DNA from: an uncultured Flavobacteriaceae bacterium
GTDB lineage: Bacteria; Bacteroidota; Bacteroidia; Flavobacteriales; Flavobacteriaceae
DNA: 64,000 bases
Assembly (NCBI GenBank): GCA_947500385.1
Contig: CANMSA010000007.1
Coordinates: 116,929-180,928, forward strand
Direction of reading: 5' to 3'
Shown: piece after piece, positions 8,959 through 17,219 of the stretch
Layout of the letters: every line of letters begins with the position of its first letter
Position numbering within the stretch: position 1 is the first letter of the stretch
Notes under the pieces: model-generated
What the model was told of the DNA's origin: nothing
Database searches by the model: none
The model's input: the letters and a program-made list of their open reading frames with translations, nothing else
Position numbers and translations under genes: made by a program

Positions 8959-11900
8959 TTAATGCTGTATGATGAGTTTGCCACTTTCCTTATGGCCATT
9001 TAGGTCGACAACGGACAGTATGTATGTGCCATCTTTCAACTCGGATACATCGATACTCCTGCCTTCGAAGGTGGTAATCTGTTTCTGCAATGCTCCCGAA
9101 AGCGTATAAATGTTCACATAAAGAATGTCTTCTTGACTGTCCAAGGTCACGGTGCTTTGGGCCGGATTTGGATATAGCAGCAATTGCTTGGCCGCCACAT
9201 TTTCTGTTTGCAGCCTCGTACTACCATTGCCATTGCAACCCATAAATTCTATTTCGTTTAACTTGAGGTCTTTTTTGGTCCAGTTCTTCAGGTCGGTTAA
9301 TTCCTGGCCACCAATGGAAACACAATCAAAAGTGATGTTTTCGGGAAAAATGGTATTGCTATACCCTAAGAACCTGCTTTTAAGTCCTCCATCGGAGGCC
9401 ACGGTCCAGTTCCTAAATGTGATATTCCTGAATTTTGCACTTACCAAGCGCTCACCCGAATTTTTGCCTGGTTGCATCTTCAGGTCAAAAAGTCTTTTAT
9501 TTAGGTCTTTGTCTTCTACCCGTATATTTTCCAACAGAATATTTTCGATAACAGCGTCGGATTTCAGGCCTTGCAAATCAATGACATTTCCGCCCGATGT
9601 ATTGTTTACGTTGCCGCGATGGTAAAGGATATCGGCATCACGAACAACACAATTTTTTCCGCCTGCATAAGCGGTAAAAATAAAGGCAGAACCATTCCCG
9701 TCATTCCATGATGAAATGCGCCGTATCGTAACGTCGTCCATAGAGCTGGCAACATAGTAGCCATCATCTTGTGTTCGGGTGAAACAGTCTTCGACCAAGG
9801 CATAACCCGATACATGTATCCCATCTCCATTGGGGCGCCAACTCATGATCTTAACCCGGCGAATTTCATTAGGTGCGGCAGCTGTACCGTCACCAATGGT
9901 CAAGGAATGGTGCGAGGGGTCTTCAATGGTAATATCCTCGATCTTTAGATTGCTACTGCCTCTTAACCATTTAATTGCAGCTTGCGATTGTTTTGTTCCG
10001 TTGATAAACCTGGGTAAATGTGCACCTGAAAGGATCCCCAAGCCAAAAACTCTTATGTTGTTGTGTTCCACCTCTTTTTCAAACGTACCTTTCACAAAAG
10101 CACCATTGGCAAAGTAGTAGTCTACGCCATCCTTTACCTTGTAATTAAGTCCCATATTATGTGTCCCAGGTTTAAAAACTACCGTTTGTCCTGCAGTGAG
10201 ATTGGACGCTTTGGGCATGCCGGTACCAGGTTGTACTACAACGAGATTGTTCGTGGGGGCGTCGATAAACGGATTGGCAAAAATACCAAGGGTATTTTCT
10301 AATTGTGCCTTTCCTCCGGACAGTGGCACTACGGAAAGATAAGCTGTTTTCAGATATGCAGTGGTAGGCGCTTTCACGCGTATCTTGGCGACACGCTTGT
10401 CGTTTTCGGTTACATACTTGACCGCTGCTCCTTTTTTACTGGGACGGACCTCCAGGTTTGAAATATTGCCATTTTTCTTCACCACTTTCACCCATGCTCC
10501 TTGATTGCCAAACTCAAAATTCACATAACCCATCTTATACCCCCGTAAGAAGTGGTCACCCGTATTTGAATATCCAGGTTTGATGGTGTTGTTCTTCGCA
10601 AAGGTATGATGTACATGCGCCTCTTTGTAAGGGCCATTTTCATTGACCGAAACAAATACCTGATATTCATTTGATTTGGGTATATCATTGCGAGGTGGTA
10701 ATACCCTTATACTGCTTGTTTCGGTGTCATCTTCATCTTGTGAAGGGATGGTGATTGTTTCCTTGTTGGATGTCGCCACGGCTACCTCATTTAACATGGG
10801 TCTTACAACATACGTATACTCGGCATTAGGTTCCGGATTTGTGTCGGTAAATGTAAGCGTGTTTGCTGCAACGTCGCCAATATTGTCCACATCATCCCCC
10901 CTAAACCGACGAACACGATAGCCCGTTTCCCCTGCAACATCGCTCCAGTTTAAGGTTACACCACTTTCGGTATAGGTGGCCCTCAAATCGGTGATATTGG
11001 GAAGTGTTTCATCAACGGGGTCTGTATTGCATGAGATCATTGCATTGAACAGTCTATTACCCGCTTTCCTGATGGCAACGGCATCCCAATGAATGGGTTC
11101 ATTGTCAACTCTGGTAGTAAGATCAATGGTGCTGACATAAGAAGTGGTAGCAGCATTGTTCGAGGCATATTCCTGCATCGCACGGGCAACATCTAGGTCT
11201 AATTGCCCTGCAAATGTATAGGCCGGTTCCATCAAAACTACTTTCATCGAATTTGCCTGGCCGGGAAGTAAATTTTCAATATCGGCCTTTAGGTCGCTAA
11301 GCATAGTTCTCAGTAGCGCACGATATTGATTTTTGGACATTGCTTTATCCGCTTCGCCCTGTTGCCAGCCAAAACCGACCAGATTAATGGTTTTGTTGGC
11401 TTGCTTTAGTGCGGTTACTTCCCTGGTAATTCGCGCAAGAAAGTCGTCGTACATGCGTTCTCCTTTTTGCCAAATTTCAATAGAGGTTCCGCCAGAAGCC
11501 CCATTGATCAGGGCCAACTTTGTTTGTCCACAATCATATAGTTTGCGGGCCAGCGGTACGTGCATTCCATAATTTCTTACTTCAACCCCTGTATTTTTTA
11601 ATTTGTGTAGGTGGGGCGATAAAGCCTTAAAATCACCAATATTTCTCGAAACCCCGATTACATTGGAATTGTTGCTCAAAAGTACGCCCACATCCGTTTC
11701 GGCCGGGTGATTTCTGGGGACTCGTTCAGACCAAAGTGCCCTACCTCGCATATTTGACTGCCCTGCCAATAGTACAAGGTCATAAACCTCTGACGCTTTC
11801 TCCGTTTTATCCTGACTATAGTTTATGTTCGAGTCGGATAGGTTGATCATGGTTCCACCGTATGAGGCAGTATGCAGTTGGTTTTCCATTTCTGGTGTCG

Positions 11901-12024
11901 CATCAACTGGATTCCCTTTCGCGGTGGTCGTTTTTTTAGAAAAGGCGGTAGTGATACAAAATGCGCAGAGCGCTAGCAAAATGTTGGTTTTCAATTTTAT
12001 AAAGTAAGTGTCATTTTTTTTCAT
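8959..12024 (-). CDS. T9SS-secreted fusion: SGNH (SASA/CE6-like) esterase + FN3 + beta-helix glycosidase (GH28/GH49-like) + CTD
   Basis: LAGQSNM, WQQGEAD and DNEPIHW (SGNH). VTLNWSD...YRVRR...YTYVVRP (FN3). FKPGTH, NGDGIHV and TQDD (beta-helix). LYPNPA...GKLIIQ (CTD). Confidence 0.75.
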   Translation of the reverse strand: MKKNDTYFIKLKTNILLALCAFCITTAFSKKTTTAKGNPVDATPEMENQLHTASYGGTMINLSDSNINYSQDKTEKASEVYDLVLLAGQSNMRGRALWSERVPRNHPAETDVGVLLSNNSNVIGVSRNIGDFKALSPHLHKLKNTGVEVRNYGMHVPLARKLYDCGQTKLALINGASGGTSIEIWQKGERMYDDFLARITREVTALKQANKTINLVGFGWQQGEADKAMSKNQYRALLRTMLSDLKADIENLLPGQANSMKVVLMEPAYTFAGQLDLDVARAMQEYASNNAATTSYVSTIDLTTRVDNEPIHWDAVAIRKAGNRLFNAMISCNTDPVDETLPNITDLRATYTESGVTLNWSDVAGETGYRVRRFRGDDVDNIGDVAANTLTFTDTNPEPNAEYTYVVRPMLNEVAVATSNKETITIPSQDEDDTETSSIRVLPPRNDIPKSNEYQVFVSVNENGPYKEAHVHHTFAKNNTIKPGYSNTGDHFLRGYKMGYVNFEFGNQGAWVKVVKKNGNISNLEVRPSKKGAAVKYVTENDKRVAKIRVKAPTTAYLKTAYLSVVPLSGGKAQLENTLGIFANPFIDAPTNNLVVVQPGTGMPKASNLTAGQTVVFKPGTHNMGLNYKVKDGVDYYFANGAFVKGTFEKEVEHNNIRVFGLGILSGAHLPRFINGTKQSQAAIKWLRGSSNLKIEDITIEDPSHHSLTIGDGTAAAPNEIRRVKIMSWRPNGDGIHVSGYALVEDCFTRTQDDGYYVASSMDDVTIRRISSWNDGNGSAFIFTAYAGGKNCVVRDADILYHRGNVNNTSGGNVIDLQGLKSDAVIENILLENIRVEDKDLNKRLFDLKMQPGKNSGERLVSAKFRNITFRNWTVASDGGLKSRFLGYSNTIFPENITFDCVSIGGQELTDLKNWTKKDLKLNEIEFMGCNGNGSTRLQTENVAAKQLLLYPNPAQSTVTLDSQEDILYVNIYTLSGALQKQITTFEGRSIDVSELKDGTYILSVVDLNGHKESGKLIIQH

Positions 12025-12922
12025 GGGGAATATTTTGAATTCATGTTAATTTTTTGGGGTTTCTATCAACTTTTCAAACGGCTCTTTTACGCTATGATCC
12101 AGATGTACACCTGCCCGCCACTGGTGCGTTTTACCAAGGCTTGCCTTGAGTTTTACGCGTACGCTTGTATGCATGGGATTGTACCAAGGATGTTAGCGAA
12201 AATTTAGTTTTGGAAAGTGAATGCTACCTGTGAATGCCATGGTATCGCACCAGCTATTACAAAGCTGACATGAACACCAATAAGCATATCGGGGCATTTC
12301 TAAGCTATGGCGGCGGATCGGAGAAACGGCGCAGTAGCATCGATTGGAATACAAGAAAGATTTTTAAAAAAATCTGAAGTAAGTAGGTTCTACCACTAAG
12401 GCAACGTTCAATCATAACATGTATGTAATTTTGGGTTACTTAAAAAAATACATGTTGGTTTGGCCATATATTGATACGGTCATTGCTTGGGGCATTTTAA
12501 AAACAATGTACCCGTACCAAATATAAGAAGTGGTAAAAGTACTTGTAATTAGCTAGTTATAACTGCTAATTTGCAAATTTGGATAACAAATATGAAGACC
12601 GTTTGCATTAAAAACCAGGGTTTGGAAAACTGGTTTTTACGGATATTCCCTTATTCCATAAGCGATAGCAGATGAATTTGAAACAGCGGTAGTTACGTGT
12701 AGATCATGATTTTTTTGACCTTAAGGAAAGTACTAAAGAGATCACCAAAAGAAGGGTCTTGTTCTCAAAAACCAGGATTTCTTGCGATAATTAACCTATT
12801 TCAGTCATAATAACTGGCAAGTTTTGGTTCAAAATGCCAAGGTCGGCAGTAGTAAAGTCGGCTTACCCGAGATGGCACAAACTCAAAAAACCGAGACTAT
12901 CCATTTTAATTAAGCGATAACC

Positions 12923-14023
12923 CTAATAATTTAAAAATTGTTTTTTGTACTGATTCGGTGTCATTCCCGTAGCTTCCTTAAAATTGGCGTAGAAGCTCGA
13001 CTCTGATTTGAAACCACTGTCTATGGCAATGGAAAAAATTGTTAGATTTTGATTTTCAGATTTTTGCAATAACTTCTTGGCTTCTTCGATTCTTTTTTCT
13101 TTTATAAACTGGCTAAAGCTTTTCCCCAGTTCATCGTTCAAAAACTTTGACAATAAGTAGGGTCGAATATCGAGTTTTTGAGCCAGTTTATGTTCGTTAA
13201 GTTCTGTATCCAAATAGAGCTTTTTTTCATTTATCTGCTCCAACACAAGGGACATTTCTTCGGAGAGGGGGGGATTGTGAGCATTTAAACCAGTTTGAAA
13301 ATTAGGAAACCCGGCAAGTATACGCGGATATCTTATGAAGAGATAGATGCTAATAAAAAGTATGAAACAAGTAAATATGATATAATTGAGATGCGTTATC
13401 GGCCTTATCATCATTAACGAGCTCTTGGTAGTTATTAGTACCTCGCTTAGAATGGAGAAGAGTAGATTAAAAAAACTGATATAGGTAATCACCGCTAAAA
13501 AAATAATCAAGGTTTTGGGCCACGTCAAGAGTTTTCTGTATTTATTCTTAAAAGATGTTTTAGCCAAACGAAAATCCGGTAGAATCTTCAATAGCAAAAT
13601 TAATTTCCATCCAAAGACTACGATTAAACTTCCCTTATGTAGCCGCGTTCCGATGTAATCATGAAAATCAAGGTCGTTTTTAAAACAAACAAAACCCAAC
13701 AGCAATAAGGACCAAATAAGACAGGGTGCAAAAAGTATTCGATAATCTATGGTGAGATTTTTGTTGAATATCTTTTTTAAGTAAATATAAAGTAGGGTAG
13801 GAAGCAGTAGATCTAAAATATCGGGCACCACCAATAATTGTGGGGTATTAAACTTAACTTCTGTAAACCGCAAAACATATTGAAACGTGATATTAGTAGA
13901 TATCACAAAAAAGATAAATGACAAAAGGTAATTGCCATACCCCTTTTTTACTAGGGGGATTACAATACCAACCAATACACTTTGAATTATTCCCCAGATG
14001 AATAAGGCAATAGTCATCCTCAA
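12923..14023 (-). CDS. Membrane-anchored AraC-family transcriptional regulator
   Basis: About 7 hydrophobic N-terminal segments; C-terminal LAQKLDI...SFSQFIKEKRIEEAK...IAIDSGFKSESSFYANFK. Confidence 0.9.
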   Translation of the reverse strand: MRMTIALFIWGIIQSVLVGIVIPLVKKGYGNYLLSFIFFVISTNITFQYVLRFTEVKFNTPQLLVVPDILDLLLPTLLYIYLKKIFNKNLTIDYRILFAPCLIWSLLLLGFVCFKNDLDFHDYIGTRLHKGSLIVVFGWKLILLLKILPDFRLAKTSFKNKYRKLLTWPKTLIIFLAVITYISFFNLLFSILSEVLITTKSSLMMIRPITHLNYIIFTCFILFISIYLFIRYPRILAGFPNFQTGLNAHNPPLSEEMSLVLEQINEKKLYLDTELNEHKLAQKLDIRPYLLSKFLNDELGKSFSQFIKEKRIEEAKKLLQKSENQNLTIFSIAIDSGFKSESSFYANFKEATGMTPNQYKKQFLNY

Positions 14024-14081
14024 ATATAATCATCAAATATTAAAGGATTTAAATGAGGTTTAAATAGCATGACTAAAAAAA

Positions 14082-14124
14082 AATGCGCTAGTACACTTCT
14101 TTTTAAAGAAGGTGCCGGCGCATT
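14082..14124 (-). terminator. Intrinsic terminator of slipin
   Basis: AATGCGC...GCGCATT hairpin immediately after the stop codon, followed by a U-run on the minus strand. Confidence 0.75.
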
Positions 14125-14126
14125 CA

Positions 14127-15227
14127 CTACTTGTTTACAGCAAAAATCTCTTTTAACTGTTTGACCATACCTCCGTTCCCGGAGACGGTGATCTCACCAA
14201 TCTTTTCGGCGATTTTCTCCACATATTCCATCTCTTTCAACTTGAAGAGCATTTCGTTTTCTTCCATTAGTTTAGCGGTGTTCAGCAAACTTCGGGTAGA
14301 AGCGGTCTCTTCACGTCGTGTAATGGTATTGGCCTGTGCCTGTTTTTGTGCCACAAGCACTTGGTTCATGATAGCCTTCATTTCACCCGTTAAGATGACA
14401 TCTCGGATACCACAGTTCAGTACTTGTACGCCCAGGTCGGCCGCTGTTGTCTTGATTTCGGAAAATACCGCATCGGCGATGCGTTCCTTTCGCTCTAACA
14501 GCTCATCCAAGGTATAGGTGCCTATGTAGGCACGCAATACCAATTGAATGGCAACATACAACTGCTTTTCGTAGTCTTTGTTTTCCAACAAGGCCTTTTC
14601 AATAGCAACTATCTTATACCGGGTATAGCAGTTGATTCGAATAGCGGCCTTGTCCTTGGTCAACAATTCTTGCCCTGCGATTTCGAGTTGCAATTGTCGC
14701 ATATCGGCGCGTGCAATCTTTACCGAGGTATCGTTTTTCCAGAAGTGGTATACCCCACTGTCCAGAACCTTCACGAAGGTATCCTCGACCAGTAACAGCG
14801 CTTTTTCGTATGCCAAAATCTCCAATACACGAATGTAAGGGCGTAACAAAGGATGTCCTAGCAGCATTTTGCCAATGGGTTCGGTGATGTAGATTTTACT
14901 CAAATCGGCCATCACGAACTCATAATTGATCAATCCTTTCCAGAAAGCATATTTACCGGCTGCAAGCACTTTTTTCAAAGTCCCGTTTTCAGATACCAAT
15001 GCCAACTCCGCATCTTTTACCTCGATAACGTGTAACATTGCCTCCAAACCTTGGTCCTGTAGCAAAATCTCCAATGCTATCGGGGCCACAAAGGCTTTGG
15101 TGAGGTCGTATACCATCACCATGTTTCGTAGGCCTACCCAGTGTGTGCCTTGGGTAATAACGTTTTGGTAATCTCCATTTTTGAAGACCAAACCTACTTT
15201 TCCTGCATTGATTCGTACTCGTTTCAT
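14127..15227 (-). CDS. Slipin (SPFH/band-7) family protein
   Basis: GQELLTKDK, GIRDVIL and RREETASTRSLLNTAKLME motifs of the RtcB-associated slipin family. Confidence 0.9.
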   Translation of the reverse strand: MKRVRINAGKVGLVFKNGDYQNVITQGTHWVGLRNMVMVYDLTKAFVAPIALEILLQDQGLEAMLHVIEVKDAELALVSENGTLKKVLAAGKYAFWKGLINYEFVMADLSKIYITEPIGKMLLGHPLLRPYIRVLEILAYEKALLLVEDTFVKVLDSGVYHFWKNDTSVKIARADMRQLQLEIAGQELLTKDKAAIRINCYTRYKIVAIEKALLENKDYEKQLYVAIQLVLRAYIGTYTLDELLERKERIADAVFSEIKTTAADLGVQVLNCGIRDVILTGEMKAIMNQVLVAQKQAQANTITRREETASTRSLLNTAKLMEENEMLFKLKEMEYVEKIAEKIGEITVSGNGGMVKQLKEIFAVNK

Positions 15228-15630
15228 TATTCAAAATTTGTGTCCGCCAGTCGATTGACGGACGAACGGGTTAAACTATTTTCATTTATTATTAGTTGGT
15301 TTAATTCTCTTTTAAAAAACCGCAACTACAAATCATCTATTCGATACGGAAATATAGGTTTTCGAAGTTCGTTACGATTTGTTTTTCGGTATGCTTCGGT
15401 CGGTGTTGCCAATACTATGTATTGGTTTTTCCGAGGGAAGGATGTTCAAAAAAGAAATTGCCTTTCACATCAAAAATTCAGTATTTCAAAGTAGTTTCAA
15501 GACTGTTGATTCATCCGAAGAAAAACCAACCGACCTATACCTACGGTTTTTTGCCAATTATACGGAGTGACCGTCCGGTGGTCTTTTTACAAGTGACCTT
15601 CTTGTTCAGAATGGATTTCAAGTCCATATC

Positions 15631-15707
15631 CCACATTATGAGTGTGGTGCTCTACCAACTGAGCTAAGAGATCTAAAAAAAGTGACCTCTGCAGGAGTCG
15701 AACCTGC
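15631..15707 (-). ncRNA. Circularly permuted tRNA(CAT)-like module (T arm > closed acceptor stem > D arm > anticodon arm)
   Basis: Minus strand reads GCAGG-TTCGACT-CCTGC AGAGGTC-A CTTTTTTTA GATCTCT TA GCTC-AGTTGGTA-GAGC A CCACA-CTCATAA-TGTGG. AGAGGTC/GATCTCT form 7 bp, with the 3' half preceding the 5' half. Confidence 0.6.
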
Positions 15708-15710
15708 GCG

Positions 15711-15806
15711 TACTTCTGTTGTTCTAACCAGGCTGAACTACATCCCCATTTTTTGTGAAATGGTTTGTGGGGAAGGAGGGATTCGAACCCCCGACTTACA
15801 GATGTA
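15711..15806 (-). ncRNA. Circularly permuted tRNA-like (YrlA-topology) module lacking an anticodon loop
   Basis: TAC-A-TCTGT AAGTC GGGGG-TTCGAAT-CCCTC CTTCCCC [21-nt loop] GGGGATG TA GTTC-AGCCTGGTTA-GAAC A ACAGA-A-GTA. The acceptor stem has 6/7 pairs and the closing stem is 5+3 bp. Confidence 0.6.
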
Positions 15807-15932
15807 AGACCATTTTTTGGAAAACAGCCGAAACCTTCAAGTCAAGTTGCATATGAAGACCTAATACTTCTCAGTAAAACTTCACACAATAGTGCTATAC
15901 AGAAACACCCAACAAGACCCGCTTGATACTTT

Positions 15933-16082
15933 ATTCCCGCGAAAGCGGGAATCTTTTACGATTTCCCTATGCGAAGCGTAGGCCTCGCCAGGGAATCTTA
16001 TCTTTCAATGAACTTTAATAAACCTCGCAACACACCTTGTTGCTGCGAGGCACCCCCGCAAACCACAGCTTATGTGGTTTGC
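15933..16082. repeat. Cluster of four GC-rich palindromic hairpins (REP-like)
   Basis: attcccgc-gaaa-gcgggaat; ttccct...agggaa; cctcgca...tgcgagg; gcaaaccaca...tgtggtttgc. Confidence 0.55.
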
Positions 16083-16092
16083 ACTATATATT

Positions 16093-16435
16093 AAAAAGCG
16101 TACTGGGAATACCCACGCTTATGGACAAGCTTTCGTAGGAGTACGGCAAAAGCCTTCCCTACTTTTCCACGCGCTTTCCGTTGCTTTGGAAATCGCGTAC
16201 TTGTCCGATGCCAGATACATTGTAACCGTTCGGCGACTTAGACTCGGCCTGCATAGCGGCTTTGGCCGCGCTTTGCAATTACAGGGGTTGGCTCCCCCAC
16301 CGTTCATAGGTGTCCCCTTGCGGGGCGACCTACTAGAATGTTCACCGCATGGTATCGGTTTGCGACCGCTACCACCCCATATCTTGCAATGGGTTTAGGC
16401 AACTACTAGCTGCTACAATGCCCGAAGTCTTTTGC
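16093..16435 (-). ncRNA. Candidate large structured ncRNA B (~340 nt)
   Basis: No credible ORF. Hairpins CCCC-GCAA-GGGG, CGGT-CGCAA-ACCG and GCGGC-CAAA-GCCGC; long-range 7-bp pairs CATTGTA/TACAATG and GGACAAG/CTTGTCC; terminator-like 3' hairpin plus U-run. Confidence 0.6.
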
Positions 16436-16496
16436 TTTTCTGATGCTCCCGAATGAGCTAAGAGACTAATGGGTTGCTCTTGGGAATCGAACCCAA

Positions 16497-16890
16497 ACAA
16501 AAGGTTGGCTTAGAAGAAGGGCTTCGAGAATGGCTCCGTAGATTTTGGCCTACAAAATACCAACCTTCTTCTTGAGTGCCTCCCGGCACACGGTATGTGA
16601 AGCTACCGAACAGTTTCCTATCAGGTACCTCTGGTACTGCACCAAGCTCCGCTGGGTCGGATGCCCCATACGTAACCTAGTACTACAACTTTTCCTCTTG
16701 GTGTCTCCACCGCAAGCCTACACAATGTATCGGCTATAAGTCCCGAGGTTGCCTCAGCGGTCGCCCCCGGCGTATCGTGACTTATGTTGGTTGCTTGCTT
16801 ACCTGCACTACCTTCCGAAGAAGGCAGTCTCCGCCTGCGATGCCCGCATGCAGATTTATCCTTGTTACCAAGTTTATCTGAGGACGATAA
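16497..16890 (-). ncRNA. Candidate large structured ncRNA A (~400 nt)
   Basis: No credible ORF. ACTGCCTTC-TTCG-GAAGGTAGT, GGTG-GAGA-CACC, GTGCC-GGGA-GGCAC, ATAAGTC/GACTTAT and AGAAGAAGG/CCTTCTTCT helices. Confidence 0.6.
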
Positions 16891-16939
16891 GCCGCCCCGT
16901 CATTTACAAGAAATGACGATTTTATTAGAAGAAGCCCAT

Positions 16940-17070
16940 ATGGACTTCTCTATTTCAATGAACGTTCCTCTGAGGCCGACGCGCCATCTGGCCCATTCGC
17001 AAAAAATGTCCACTGGACATTTTCTTAACGCGCTGGCCTACCACAGCTCTTCCCTTTGAGCTAAAGAGGC
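16940..17070 (-). pseudogene. tRNA 5'-half remnant interrupted by a palindromic element
   Basis: GCCTCTT TA GCTC-AAAGGGAA-GAGC followed by the palindrome AAAATGTCCAGTGGACATTTT; no matching 3' acceptor strand. Confidence 0.5.
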
Positions 17071-17172
17071 ATTTTGTTAAAGCCCCACAACACTCCTTTG
17101 TTGTTGTGAGGCACTCCCGCAAACCTCTTTTTGAAAGGCTAGTTTTTAATTACACAACAAAATTGAATCATA

Positions 17173-17195
17173 ACTACGCAATGATTATGCGTAGT
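17173..17195. promoter_or_regulatory. Probable WYL-regulator operator, perfect palindrome ACTACGCA-N7-TGCGTAGT
   Basis: Same arms as at 40597-40619; lies just upstream of a minus-strand CAATTTTG -7-like element. Confidence 0.75.
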
Positions 17196-17219
17196 AAAAA
17201 TGTTTTCAAGACAATTGCT

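Noticed and set aside
12050-12260. Possible decayed gene on the minus strand (GSIHFPKLNFR*HPWYNPMHTSVRVKL...)
   Set aside because: Internal stop and no family recognised; cannot be supported without a database search.
5140-14023. Active prophage, ICE or transposon
   Set aside because: There is no integrase, transposase or phage gene in the window and the flanking repeat is heavily decayed.
15240-15570. Riboswitch in the slipin 5' region
   Set aside because: Partial inverted repeats are present (ggtcggt/accgacc, ttggtttttc/gaaaaaccaa) but I saw no known aptamer consensus.
15600-15673. Normal-order tRNA-Met(CAT)
   Set aside because: The T loop reads CTTGAAA and the downstream strand (TCTGAAC) does not pair with GATCTCT; only the upstream 3' half fits.
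16497-16890. RNA A as tmRNA (starts GGGGCGG; T arm and CCA-like sequence follow) or RNase P RNA (GAGGAAAAG)
   Set aside because: The 3' strand after the T arm (GAGCAAC) cannot pair with GGGGCGG, there is no G3-U70 pair, and the RNase P universal motifs are incomplete.
16093-16890. Group I or group II intron
   Set aside because: I found no P7 R/S consensus, no GUGYG start and no domain V by eye, and there is no interrupted host gene. A covariance search is still needed.
16072-17059. Short ORFs in the track (16072-16398, 16119-16307, 16545-16739, 16784-17059)
   Set aside because: No recognisable domain and atypical composition; the region is better explained by RNA secondary structure.
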